Virus record (IMG/VR): IMGVR_UViG_3300007511_000007
Span: 32,001-96,000 of that record
Length of the DNA stretch: 64,000 bases
Source of the DNA: a virus
Reading direction: 5' to 3' (one strand)
The position numbers and the translations under genes were made by a program. Each line of letters begins with the position of its first letter. Positions within the stretch are counted from its first letter, which is position 1. This document shows positions 1 to 9,212 of this stretch, piece by piece. Below the pieces are notes generated by a model. It did no database searches, was not told the origin of the DNA, and saw only the letters and a program-made list of their open reading frames with translations.

Positions 1-1616
1 TTCCCTTGCTCGGCGTTTTCAAAGACCCCATCTACAATCCCGCTATCCACCCGTTCGAGTTCTTCAGGAGTCATTTCCGAGAGGCTCATCTTCCCCCCCA
101 GAGCTTCACAAGCTTTTTGGAACTCTTCGCTTCCGAGATCGATTCCGGCGGTCTCTGCGGCACCCTCGACAGCTTCGGGGGTCAGGTCGGCGTAGGCGAC
201 ATCTCCTACTTCCGTATCGATAAGCTCGAACATTGCATCAATGTCCTGCTCGGAGAGGAACACAACACTACAGAGGAACACTGGAACAGATAGAGACTGA
301 AAGACCCCTCTCTCTGCCAAATTGAATGTGACCATTGCGGAGAGGGGAGAGACGCTATGGACATACCCTAACTCCATGTCCTGACCGATGACAAAAGCAA
401 TCTCGGGGGCTGTCAGAACACCAGCATTCCGACGTTTGAACCGTTGGGGGTGCTTTCTGCGAATCTTCCTCTGGCGTTTGAACGCAGGTTGGTTCTTCCT
501 TTTCCGATACCGCTGTTTCGCTTTGATCCGATTCCGGTTCCTGTTTTTCCGGTAGCGCATTCTCGATTTGACTCGGCTCAACCCTCTCTGTTTTCTTTGT
601 CTCCTTCTCGGCTTCTGCCTTACGGCTGCAGTCACAGCTTGAGCTTCCTCATAATCAAAAAGCCAATCCAGATAGTTGAAGAACCGCTCCTCATCTTCCT
701 CAGATTGGAAAATGACCTCTTCCATGAACTGCTCAAAGGGGACATCGTAGATCTCACCCTCGTACTCAAAACTCACCATTCCCGTGTTGTTCAAGAAAAT
801 GAGTTTGGCTTCTCCGTCGTAGTCTTCCAACCACACTCGAATGGTAGGGAGATTGAAATACTTGGGGATCGCACCATCAGCCTTCTTTTCGCCCTTATTT
901 TTCTCCCGCCACTTTTTCGCCCGATCTTTATTCTCCGACACTCCTGAAGGACGCCGCTTGTATTTGTCCGGGTATTTACGACGATATTTGACATCTCTCT
1001 TGTAGTCCGTCCGGTTCTTGATCTTCCGATATCGCCGCTTGGCTTTCATCCTGACTTTGCCACGATTACGCCGATAATACTTCTGGTAGTAAATCTTGGC
1101 CTTCCCTTTCTGGCTCTTTTGCCGGTCTGCCGATGACGGAAACACTTTTGTCAATCCGCCTTGAACCAGAATCCGAAAAGCCTCGTCCACTTTTTCGGCC
1201 AACCACTTTTCAGCCACGCTTGCTGCCGTGACATCAACCCGTCGTTTCATACTCCCACTTCCGTCATCCTTCCATGGATGCCCGTATTCTTCACCGGGAA
1301 CAGCTTTGGTACGAGGCCGTTTATGAAGCGGTTTCCCGTCTGTTTCACACGAAGGAGGTGGCGCATTGTATGTGGGACGCTTCGACGGCTTATCGGGGGT
1401 CGGTTGGTGCTTCTCTCGCTCTTTCTTGTGCTTGGGGGTAATCGGGAGAGCTTGTTGTTTATTCTCAGGGACATCGGGCCGGGTCTCGAAATTGTTCTCA
1501 GGAGATTCTGAAGTTGGGGGCGTCAAATCTTTCTGACTTGGTTCCGAGACCCAAGTTTTCACGCCAGGTAATTCACTGGCAGGTTGTCGGTAGCCCTTTT
1601 TCTTAACGAGGTTCAT
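1..1616 (-). CDS. Partial (runs off left edge) putative internal virion protein, >538 aa, with two R/K-rich protamine-like repeats
   Basis: Absent from the ORF track because there is no stop in the window. I translated it by hand from ATG 1616 (MNLVKKKGYRQPASELPGV...) to position 3 without a stop. It contains the SVAEKWL tag and two basic + acidic repeat units. Confidence 0.85.
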   Translation of the reverse strand, partial: MNLVKKKGYRQPASELPGVKTWVSEPSQKDLTPPTSESPENNFETRPDVPENKQQALPITPKHKKEREKHQPTPDKPSKRPTYNAPPPSCETDGKPLHKRPRTKAVPGEEYGHPWKDDGSGSMKRRVDVTAASVAEKWLAEKVDEAFRILVQGGLTKVFPSSADRQKSQKGKAKIYYQKYYRRNRGKVRMKAKRRYRKIKNRTDYKRDVKYRRKYPDKYKRRPSGVSENKDRAKKWREKNKGEKKADGAIPKYFNLPTIRVWLEDYDGEAKLIFLNNTGMVSFEYEGEIYDVPFEQFMEEVIFQSEEDEERFFNYLDWLFDYEEAQAVTAAVRQKPRRRQRKQRGLSRVKSRMRYRKNRNRNRIKAKQRYRKRKNQPAFKRQRKIRRKHPQRFKRRNAGVLTAPEIAFVIGQDMELGYVHSVSPLSAMVTFNLAERGVFQSLSVPVFLCSVVFLSEQDIDAMFELIDTEVGDVAYADLTPEAVEGAAETAGIDLGSEEFQKACEALGGKMSLSEMTPEELERVDSGIVDGVFENAEQG

Positions 1617-2010
1617 TCACACTTCCTGAGAGCCATCTTTCAGAAACCCTCTTCTCCATAGACTTCTTGCCACCGCTTCCACCAAACGGGGGTTGCCCGA
1701 ATTTCACCGCATCTTCTACTTCCTTTTTTTCCGAGAGCGGGAGACGAGCCTCCAAAAAGTCTTTGCCCAAAATCGAAAGGGCATAAGAAACTTTGTCCAA
1801 TTTCCCGTCCAGTTGATCCAGACGTTCAGGGAGACCCATAATGATGTCTCCCCCCATCTGGTACAGGTCTTCCTTGTGTTTGGACTCAGAAACCAAACGA
1901 AGTGCTCGATTTATGAGATGGCGAATGCGATGAGCTTCCACCCGGGAGGCATGTACCCCTTCGGAGAGCACGGCATAGGCGGCTTGGCTACTGGCTTGTT
2001 TCTCGGGCAT
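1603..2010 (-). CDS. Hypothetical virion-associated protein (135 aa) with C-terminal RVSERWL tag
   Basis: ORF track; downstream of a putative late promoter; overlaps the start of the next gene. Confidence 0.8.
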   Translation of the reverse strand: MPEKQASSQAAYAVLSEGVHASRVEAHRIRHLINRALRLVSESKHKEDLYQMGGDIIMGLPERLDQLDGKLDKVSYALSILGKDFLEARLPLSEKKEVEDAVKFGQPPFGGSGGKKSMEKRVSERWLSGSVNEPR

Positions 2011-2031
2011 CTTGCAGAACCCCCTATTTCT

Positions 2032-2060
2032 CTATCAAGGGTTCTACTATAGAAGAACTA
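2032..2060 (-). promoter_or_regulatory. Putative phage late promoter TAGT-N4-CTATA-N12-ATAG
   Basis: One of five similar bipartite motifs found in short gaps upstream of virion genes. Confidence 0.5.
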
Positions 2061-2069
2061 AAGGGACGC

Positions 2070-2867
2070 TCAGGAAAGAGCTTTCTCGATTCTCTTCTTC
2101 ACGCTATCCATCTCGACGGCTTTGATCGCAGCAATTGCCTTAGGATCACCCCCGTGGTTCTCCACCGCCAACTTCACACGAGTTTTCCAGTGATGGTTGA
2201 GATCCCACTGAAACTCCCCGGCTGATCCGCGGAGAGTCTTCGGCTCATATTGAACCGGCTTGTAGTAGGACTTCTTGGCCGGGGCTTTCTTGGGGGGAGG
2301 AGACGCCACGACCGCATCGGGGAGCAATTCCGAAAGTTCCTCGCCCGCATCGGCGTGTTCAATCGGTTGTGCTTTCTTGGACACCGAACTGTCTAACTTC
2401 CTGGCCTCGGCTGCAGCCGTCCTCGAATCGGTGATCTTCGTACTCTGCTTGGCCGGAGTTTGAATCGTGGCCACCGGCCGGGCTTCCTGGTCTTCATAAA
2501 TGACCTTGCCCATTTTCTGCCCAAGATTGGCATCCGCTACCGAAGTAACTACCGTTTCTTCCTCGGCAACCGCGTCCATCTCAATGGCGTCTCCCCGATC
2601 CCGTCCCGAAGTTTGCGCCGCATGAACTTCTACCCCGGCGGGCTTGGGACGATAAGTGGAAGTTTGATCCGAAATCGGAACGAGCCACCCTTGACGAATC
2701 GCTGCCCTGACGGTGGGAACATTGAAAGTTTCAGACCCGATCTTCAAGGTCTGACCATCAAACTCTACTTCATCATTCTCCCACACGTCACGCTCTACCG
2801 ACCCCAAATGGAACTTGACCGTCGCCCGAAACGAAAGAAACTGACCCTTCTGAAATTGCATTTCCAT
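2070..2867 (-). CDS. Hypothetical protein (265 aa)
   Basis: ORF with GGAGAGG RBS; no recognisable catalytic motif. Confidence 0.8.
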   Translation of the reverse strand: MEMQFQKGQFLSFRATVKFHLGSVERDVWENDEVEFDGQTLKIGSETFNVPTVRAAIRQGWLVPISDQTSTYRPKPAGVEVHAAQTSGRDRGDAIEMDAVAEEETVVTSVADANLGQKMGKVIYEDQEARPVATIQTPAKQSTKITDSRTAAAEARKLDSSVSKKAQPIEHADAGEELSELLPDAVVASPPPKKAPAKKSYYKPVQYEPKTLRGSAGEFQWDLNHHWKTRVKLAVENHGGDPKAIAAIKAVEMDSVKKRIEKALS

Positions 2868-2922
2868 GGCGTCCTCTCCATATGTCTACATTTCAATGCT
2901 GCTTCCTTTCTATCGTACCACC

Positions 2923-2951
2923 TTAATACGAGAAAGATTCAAAACTTGCAA
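2923..2951 (-). promoter_or_regulatory. sigma70-like promoter TTGCAA-N17-TATTAA
   Basis: Near-consensus hexamers with 17-nt spacing upstream of 2867. Confidence 0.4.
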
Positions 2952-3013
2952 CTAAACTTTAAATGTTACGTTTCCCCCCTCAAGAGTAGTATAGGTAGAG
3001 AGGAGGAATTACT

Positions 3014-3355
3014 ATGCCCACAAGTTTCAGAGATGACGCCTTCGGTGACCTCGTCCACGTTTGGAAAGACGGGGATTATCTCGACGGCAAGACAGGGTGT
3101 GGTGCCGCTGTTGAGCGCAGCATTCGTATCACTAATGGGCACTCCTACATTGACCACGGTTTCAAGCTCAAGTGGACTTGCCCCAATTGTCATGCACGAA
3201 CACGAAAATCCAAGGGGCACCCCGGTTACCGAGAATGCGGACGTTGTCATCACATGACGGGAATGCTCAAAGACGGGAAACTCATCAGTTTTCCTGCTGA
3301 CATATTCGAGTTTCTCAGAGTTGAGCCTTTCGACCCTGCCAAGTCCCGCTACTAA
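3014..3355 (+). CDS. Small Zn-finger protein (CPNC...CGRC), the only convincing plus-strand gene
   Basis: Strong GAGGAGG RBS, CxxC pairs, fills the gap between minus-strand genes. Confidence 0.7.
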   Translation: MPTSFRDDAFGDLVHVWKDGDYLDGKTGCGAAVERSIRITNGHSYIDHGFKLKWTCPNCHARTRKSKGHPGYRECGRCHHMTGMLKDGKLISFPADIFEFLRVEPFDPAKSRY

Positions 3356-4461
3356 TAATCAGGGTATCCCGAATCCTCTTGAGTTTCATTTTCAGGGGTG
3401 CCGTGGGCTTCCATCTTCTTGCCACTCTGGTACCCCACAGGGTCATCCTGCGTGAAGATGAGTTCCGACGGGGGCAATACAGAGTCCTTTGATTCCACCG
3501 GGGCAATCCTCAAGAACTTGAAGTGCTCGGCTTTAATCTGATTCTCCTTAGCCCTTTTGTCCTCCTCGGCAAGATCAAGGAAGCACTCCAAGCAAACCTT
3601 GTGGTGCAGATACCTTTCCCCCACAATTTTCCAGAGGTCGTCGGCCACCTTGTAGTTCAAGCGGATGATCTTCCCGCATCTGCGACACGAAGGATGCCCC
3701 ATAGGATTGTAATTTCTGATCTGCCACTTGCCGTTCTCAGGGACATTGATGAAAGGCAGACGGTACCAGTCATGTAAACCGGTGTCCTTGAAACAAACAC
3801 CTCTCACATTGAGTCCCAGACGGGCCAGCGTCTCATGGGTCAGAATGGCTCTGTAAACCATCCCAATGGGGTATTTGGCATCGTTATGCAACTTTGTGAT
3901 GGTGGACTCCAGACGATTAGGATCGTCGTCCACCTCTTCCTCCGTTACCACAAGCTCCCCGCCCTCATGAAGGGGGGCGTCGAGCTTGGATTCATAGCCG
4001 GGGAATTCCAAATGATATTTGTCCACGTAGTCGAACAGGAAGTCGATGGCACATACAACCATGGGCCTCCATGTGTCAATGAGCATCTCCCTGATCACCG
4101 TGTCGAAACCCGTGAGCAATTCACTGGTCGACAGCATGTGGGCTTGGCCAACCAAGAACTCGTAGGTATCCCGTGCATCCTTGGGCATAGTGAATTCGAG
4201 CTTGAACATGAGATGCTCCAGAACTCTCCGATCCTGAACCACCCGCAAAGTATCGTCCGTGAAGGATTCCCCAATGGGGTCTTTCTCATCGGAGTCGTCC
4301 TCCTTCCCCAAAGAACTCAACCGTAACTCCATGGGTTCCTGTTTCTCACCATCCCTTGAAAACTGGGGGTTACGACTGTCTTTGATGACAATGCGAGGGA
4401 ACAGATCCCACTTACTTGTGAGATGACGACGCTTTCTCCTTGCTTTGGAACGTTTACTCAT
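3352..4461 (-). CDS. Hypothetical protein with C-terminal Zn finger (CRRC...CLEC)
   Basis: Start reassigned to MSKRSK at 4461 (GAGGAGG RBS). Confidence 0.75.
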   Translation of the reverse strand: MSKRSKARRKRRHLTSKWDLFPRIVIKDSRNPQFSRDGEKQEPMELRLSSLGKEDDSDEKDPIGESFTDDTLRVVQDRRVLEHLMFKLEFTMPKDARDTYEFLVGQAHMLSTSELLTGFDTVIREMLIDTWRPMVVCAIDFLFDYVDKYHLEFPGYESKLDAPLHEGGELVVTEEEVDDDPNRLESTITKLHNDAKYPIGMVYRAILTHETLARLGLNVRGVCFKDTGLHDWYRLPFINVPENGKWQIRNYNPMGHPSCRRCGKIIRLNYKVADDLWKIVGERYLHHKVCLECFLDLAEEDKRAKENQIKAEHFKFLRIAPVESKDSVLPPSELIFTQDDPVGYQSGKKMEAHGTPENETQEDSGYPDY

Positions 4462-4545
4462 CCGAGCCTCCTCAATAGTTGGTTGCTCACCAACCAGTTC
4501 GGGGTTACATCTGTCGGAGCAGGGTATGTCCCTACCCACATGAAA

Positions 4546-4574
4546 ACTCTACCACGCAAAATCAGCTTGCACAA
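4546..4574 (-). promoter_or_regulatory. sigma70-like promoter TTGTGC-N17-TAGAGT with extended -10 TG
   Basis: Hexamer match and 17-nt spacing upstream of 4461. Confidence 0.4.
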
Positions 4575-4591
4575 CATGGAATTGAAAACAA

Positions 4592-7282
4592 TTACCGTTC
4601 GCCAACACAGTCAGAACAATACCGTCTCGTGTTATTTTGGCTCTGGTCTAAGAATGCTCCCCCACACCTTCGACATTTCTTCGACCTGAGTTTTTGACGG
4701 CAATCTAAACAAACTGTACGGCGATCTACGGCTTTGAACTGCTCACCGCACTCAGAACATGTCCAGACCCCAATTTCTTGCTCGCTGCGGAATTGCGACA
4801 CATCGGTAATCTTGCCAGATCGAAACATCTTTTCCCGCCGCCGATGCTCAGGACAACAAAACCGCATTGAGTTTTGCTTCGAGTCATCAACGAAAGCCTC
4901 CCCACAATGTCGATACTGACAAGTCTTCCGACGTTTTGATAGCTCCCGCTCCTCCTTACACTCAGGACAATACTTGAAGCTCCCCTTTAGACTCGTTTGC
5001 CATTCCTTGTCACAACTCTGGCATATGAAATCCCGCACCCCTGCTAAAGGATTCGTTGCCCGACGCTGCTTCCTTTTCTCTTTCGCTCTCTTTGCGTCGA
5101 GTGCCTTTCTGCAATCCACACAATACAACGTCCTCGAAGATGCCCCCACAAGCTCCAGACCACAAACGGTACAAGTAATCTTCTTACTTGAACAGGCGGG
5201 ACAAATCATCTTCTCCCCCAAAGGAATGACCTTGCCACAGCTTGTACAATGACTGAATTGCACGCCTTGCTCACCAATCGTGACCGTCTTTGGCTGCCCT
5301 ACCCGAGGCCAACACAGAACTTTCTCATGGTTCTCTCGGTCTTTGAACTTCGGCATCGCATATCTTACAACCTCTCCCTTCCCCACTGGGAGCCGCTCAC
5401 AGATGTCAATAGTATCTTGAATCAAGGGGTACACCACACCCCCTATCTTGAAATCGTCCACGTTCAAGACAACCCACCCACCCGGATTTAGAGCGAGCAC
5501 AGATTTCCGCACCACCTCTTCCCAGAACTCTTTCAGCCAACTCTCGTATGTGGAATATCGATTTCCAGCCAACCTCTCGGAATCCCCATAAATCTCTCGT
5601 TTCCAGTATGGTGGGGATGTCAAGACCATATCAACACAAGGGAACTCAAAGTCCTCAGATGTCACATTATGCAGTTGAATCCGATCTTTGGCCCCCTGGA
5701 CATAGGAACCAATCCAATCGGCCATGCGGTGCAATCTCGTGAACGTTTCATTCTGTGGCTCGCATCCGATATATCTCGGATACGCACTCGACAGAACAAC
5801 TCCCATCATTCTGCCGCCATACCCGGCGCAGGGATCAAAAACGGTGCCACCTGGCGGGCAGAATTTGTCCACCAGTACCTTTGCTGCAGAGGGTCTGAAA
5901 TTATACACTCCTGAGTAAGTCAAAAACCTCAAAGCCCCCCGCAGTTGAGACGGATTAGGGACTCTCCCCATACCCAACAAAGCACGTATCGCTTTCCTTA
6001 GCGACACGTCATCGCTGAAAATCTGCATTGGGCTTCTTTTTGACTGGAAAGAGCGAGCTTCCCAAATGTGAGGCATCAGAGCATGACACGAACTCTGCCC
6101 AACACGTCTCTCTTTCAGGACACCACCCTGTAGAACTTGGTCAACTTCTAAACGATGAATTGCTTGTAGCTCCTGCGGTTTGATAATCGAATGGGGGAAC
6201 CCCTCTCTTCGCCAAAACTCAAAGATCTCCTGCTCGATGCGCTCCCGGTCCGACAACGAAACGCTGCCCCACCTCTTGGCCTCTCGCCGTAACTCAATGG
6301 GAATATGTTTCTCCCCTTTTGTATTGATTGGAACCTTTGGGACAACACCTGGAGGCCAAAACTTGCGGGGGATTTTATACAAAACACTGGAACTGGCATA
6401 CGGGGCAATCAAGGAAAAGAACAGTGCCGAAGAGATCGCCCTGATCCCCATAATCTTGCAAGAGGTCTGTGCCGAAGTTCCCATTAAGTACGTTTTAATC
6501 CCGAACTGCTCCCCCACAACCCTCACAATCTCTTCTGCTTCCTGAAGGGTCGTGTCCCCTAACGCAAAAGAGGGGAGACCAGAATCCAGATGACCATCGT
6601 CAAAGTACCAATACGCCAATGACTGCACAGTCAAGCCCCTCAAAATTACTGTTGGGTACTTTCTAGTGCCCTTTGGATAAAAGACCGCACGCAATTCCCG
6701 CAACCACTCATGTTGAACTGTCCGGAACCCAAAGCCATACTGCATCTCTCCCGAGTCTTCTGATTCAGTCTCTTCGTAGAACAGGGGCCGCGCAATTGTG
6801 CTCAACATGTTGTGGATATGCCGCAAATAATCGAATTGACTGTGGGAATGAACAACCTTCAGCACACCACGCTCAAAAAGATGGCCATCCCCCAATAAGG
6901 TTCCAATGATGACCTCCTTCTGATCCTGTGTGAGCAAATCTTTCTTTGTAGCCCGCTCTGACTTCGAGATTGCTACAATGCCCCACTTCTTACGGAGTCT
7001 GGCTATGGCAGGCTTTTTAACTCCATACCGAGCAGCAATTTGCCTGTCCCCCATCTGTTGATAAAGACTTTTCAAAAGGACTGGAGTTAATTCGCCCAAA
7101 GTAGGCAACCCCTTTCTTTGACTCAGGTCACGTCTCTCTCGGATCGTAGTTGTCGGGATACCAAGCTTCTTTCTGTGGTAAGCAACCCCCTCACCGGACA
7201 TCCCGAACATCTCACCTATCTGGGAATCCGTGTGCTGTGTATACAAGACCTCTAATTCCCCCTTGCTAAATTTCTTGCCCAT
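4592..7282 (-). CDS. Fusion: HTH repeats + LAGLIDADG endonuclease + amino (N4C/N6A) DNA methyltransferase + multiple Zn ribbons (896 aa)
   Basis: LAGLIDADG motifs VIIGTLLGDGH and LAYWYFDDGH; SAM-binding FDPCAGYGGR; catalytic TSPPY; many CxxC pairs in the C-terminus. Confidence 0.85.
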   Translation of the reverse strand: MGKKFSKGELEVLYTQHTDSQIGEMFGMSGEGVAYHRKKLGIPTTTIRERRDLSQRKGLPTLGELTPVLLKSLYQQMGDRQIAARYGVKKPAIARLRKKWGIVAISKSERATKKDLLTQDQKEVIIGTLLGDGHLFERGVLKVVHSHSQFDYLRHIHNMLSTIARPLFYEETESEDSGEMQYGFGFRTVQHEWLRELRAVFYPKGTRKYPTVILRGLTVQSLAYWYFDDGHLDSGLPSFALGDTTLQEAEEIVRVVGEQFGIKTYLMGTSAQTSCKIMGIRAISSALFFSLIAPYASSSVLYKIPRKFWPPGVVPKVPINTKGEKHIPIELRREAKRWGSVSLSDRERIEQEIFEFWRREGFPHSIIKPQELQAIHRLEVDQVLQGGVLKERRVGQSSCHALMPHIWEARSFQSKRSPMQIFSDDVSLRKAIRALLGMGRVPNPSQLRGALRFLTYSGVYNFRPSAAKVLVDKFCPPGGTVFDPCAGYGGRMMGVVLSSAYPRYIGCEPQNETFTRLHRMADWIGSYVQGAKDRIQLHNVTSEDFEFPCVDMVLTSPPYWKREIYGDSERLAGNRYSTYESWLKEFWEEVVRKSVLALNPGGWVVLNVDDFKIGGVVYPLIQDTIDICERLPVGKGEVVRYAMPKFKDRENHEKVLCWPRVGQPKTVTIGEQGVQFSHCTSCGKVIPLGEKMICPACSSKKITCTVCGLELVGASSRTLYCVDCRKALDAKRAKEKRKQRRATNPLAGVRDFICQSCDKEWQTSLKGSFKYCPECKEERELSKRRKTCQYRHCGEAFVDDSKQNSMRFCCPEHRRREKMFRSGKITDVSQFRSEQEIGVWTCSECGEQFKAVDRRTVCLDCRQKLRSKKCRRCGGAFLDQSQNNTRRYCSDCVGER

Positions 7283-7363
7283 AAAGACTCTTTTCGCCTC
7301 CTTTCGGGAACAGGCCGAAGCGACGTTTACACGTAGCCGTAGGCGGGTTTGCCATCTAGGAGC

Positions 7364-7392
7364 ATTTTACTTGGGGATTGTTGCGGAGTCAA
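7364..7392 (-). promoter_or_regulatory. sigma70-like promoter TTGACT-N17-TAAAAT
   Basis: 5/6 and 5/6 consensus matches, ideal spacing, between the capsid terminator and the 896-aa gene. Confidence 0.65.
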
Positions 7393-7404
7393 GAGGGTTA
7401 ACCA

Positions 7405-7442
7405 AGAAATCCCCGAACCACCAAAGCGGAACGGGGGTTTCT
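7405..7442 (-). terminator. Putative Rho-independent terminator after the major capsid gene
   Basis: GC-rich imperfect hairpin AGAAACCCCCG...CGGGGATTTCT about 27 nt after the stop codon. Confidence 0.6.
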
Positions 7443-7469
7443 CTTACGATTTCAGGCAGTTACGAGAAC

Positions 7470-8345
7470 TTACCTTGTGACCGTCAGGCGAGTCAACCCA
7501 CGAGGATTGAATGCACCGAGACCGAGATTCTCGAAAATCGAGAATCCGATGGTACGTGCCTTGGGATCGTCCGCACTCAGAACGGTGAGTTCTGTACGAA
7601 CCGGGATTCTGCCGAAAAATTCCGGTTCGCAGCACACGTACACCGTGCCCACGGGAACCAGACGGCTGACGATGATCTGGGCACCCCAAAGGGTGGCCAT
7701 CAGACCGGTCTTCAGCAGAGTGGCCTGGGACTCGATGTCGAGAATGTCACGACCGAACTTCCTCAGGTCGGCGTAGTCCCGTGCATTCATGAACACACGA
7801 GCCACACGCAGGTCATGGCGTTCGATCAAGGCGAAGGCGTCCGCAAGAACGGCACCCGTGATCGGAGCGACGACCGGAATGTCAGGGTTGGTACCGGCAG
7901 CGATGCTGTCGAAGCCCTGAGTTGCAATTGCATCGAGAACCGCAAAGACACGTTCGTCTTCAGCAGCCTGAATCTGCGCCCGGCCCAGATCCTGCGCACG
8001 CTCGATGAGATCGAAGCGACGCTCTTTGATCTGAGTCAGCGGGATCTCGGGATTGCTGGCGATCTCAAAGAGCGGGAAAATCACACGCCGCGGCTTGGTG
8101 ACGGCAAGAATGTTCTCGCCTTCTTCACCCACCACGTAGGCGGTGACATCCGGGTCTTTGTCGTAGATCGGAAGCGCGCCATCGGGAAGCTGCTCAACCA
8201 GGAAGGTTTTGCGGCCAACCGAGGTGTAATCCCGGCGCAAACGCAGCGGCTGAGTCATGGACGCAGCCAGCTTCATACGACCCTGCGGAGTCTTGATGTA
8301 GTCGGAGATGATCTTCTGTTTCACAGCGTTGTTGACTTGACTCAT
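7470..8345 (-). CDS. Major capsid protein, HK97-type fold (291 aa)
   Basis: Start at MSQVNN 8345 with GGGGG RBS; last gene of the protease-scaffold-decoration block; followed by a terminator; HK97-like segments (AYVVGEEG, VFMNARDYADLRK, GLMATLWGAQIIVS). Confidence 0.85.
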   Translation of the reverse strand: MSQVNNAVKQKIISDYIKTPQGRMKLAASMTQPLRLRRDYTSVGRKTFLVEQLPDGALPIYDKDPDVTAYVVGEEGENILAVTKPRRVIFPLFEIASNPEIPLTQIKERRFDLIERAQDLGRAQIQAAEDERVFAVLDAIATQGFDSIAAGTNPDIPVVAPITGAVLADAFALIERHDLRVARVFMNARDYADLRKFGRDILDIESQATLLKTGLMATLWGAQIIVSRLVPVGTVYVCCEPEFFGRIPVRTELTVLSADDPKARTIGFSIFENLGLGAFNPRGLTRLTVTR

Positions 8346-8355
8346 GGCATCCCCC

Positions 8356-9021
8356 CTATATCCGCTGATCGTACACAAGTTCACCCTGTGTAGCATCAGC
8401 AGGCATCTTCAAGACGCCAATGATTGTCGTCCCACCAGCAGCGTTGGCACCCCAACTGTCAGTACACGTATGCGACCGCTCCTGACTGTTGTTGATTGCC
8501 GTGACGTTGGTGAGATAACCGTTCAACGAGGCGACGAGAGCATCCCCCACGGTGTAAACCAGCGCGACACCCGGACCACCAGTGAGGATGTTCTGGGTTT
8601 CGTACAGGGCGTTTCCGTAAGTTCCCTGAGCGGAAACATACGGACCCTTGCCGCTGGCCGTACCGGGAGTATTCTCAAACGTGTTTCCGTTGGCCGTATT
8701 GATGAAAACCCCGAGTGCCCGATGGGTCGGGACTGCTGCGCCAGCAACAGTCGCATTGGGAGCCGCAAGAGGGCCTCCAATGAAATTGCTGCCGCCACCT
8801 GCGTCGGGGCGAGAGAAGGCAACCGAGCCACTCAGCACACCAAGCAACGCAGTGTTGACTTGGGTGGAGACGGTCGCTGCCGTAGTAACGTGAGGGGGAT
8901 TGACCTGAGTGAATGAGTCGTCCGTGAGAACTCCAACGGTGTTACGCACACCGACATGGAGAATTCGCAAGGCCGAGGAACTCTCAGTCCAACCACCGCT
9001 CGCCTGTCCAAGCAAAGGCAT
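8356..9021 (-). CDS. Putative head decoration protein (221 aa)
   Basis: G/T/A-rich beta-type protein directly upstream of the MCP; strong AAGGAGG RBS. Confidence 0.6.
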   Translation of the reverse strand: MPLLGQASGGWTESSSALRILHVGVRNTVGVLTDDSFTQVNPPHVTTAATVSTQVNTALLGVLSGSVAFSRPDAGGGSNFIGGPLAAPNATVAGAAVPTHRALGVFINTANGNTFENTPGTASGKGPYVSAQGTYGNALYETQNILTGGPGVALVYTVGDALVASLNGYLTNVTAINNSQERSHTCTDSWGANAAGGTTIIGVLKMPADATQGELVYDQRI

Positions 9022-9041
9022 GAGTAACCTCCTTACCTTTA

Positions 9042-9059
9042 CTCCCTGTTTTCAGGGAG
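9042..9059 (-). promoter_or_regulatory. Hairpin CTCCCTG-AAAA-CAGGGAG just 5' of the decoration gene RBS
   Basis: Perfect 7-bp stem. Confidence 0.5.
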
Positions 9060-9146
9060 GTGATTGAAAACATGACCCTTTGAAGTGCCTTTACCTCGTA
9101 GGGTCGAACCAAAAGACAAATTTTCAAGCTCTTACATCAGCACTAA

Positions 9147-9202
9147 TAAGGCGAGCGTAAAGGCAAAGTATCGAAAAACTTTGCCTTCATGCTCAAACCT
9201 TA
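9147..9202 (-). other. Long imperfect RNA stem-loop between scaffold and decoration/MCP genes
   Basis: Perfect 10-bp core AAGGCAAAGT/ACTTTGCCTT extended by GAGC/GCTC and TAAGG/CCTTA. Confidence 0.55.
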
Positions 9203-9212
9203 CCGCTCAAAA

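Noticed and set aside
7470-8345. Encapsulin nanocompartment interpretation (small HK97 shell plus a ferritin-like gene in the window)
   Set aside because: Terminase, portal, protease and scaffold in the same module indicate a true phage head.
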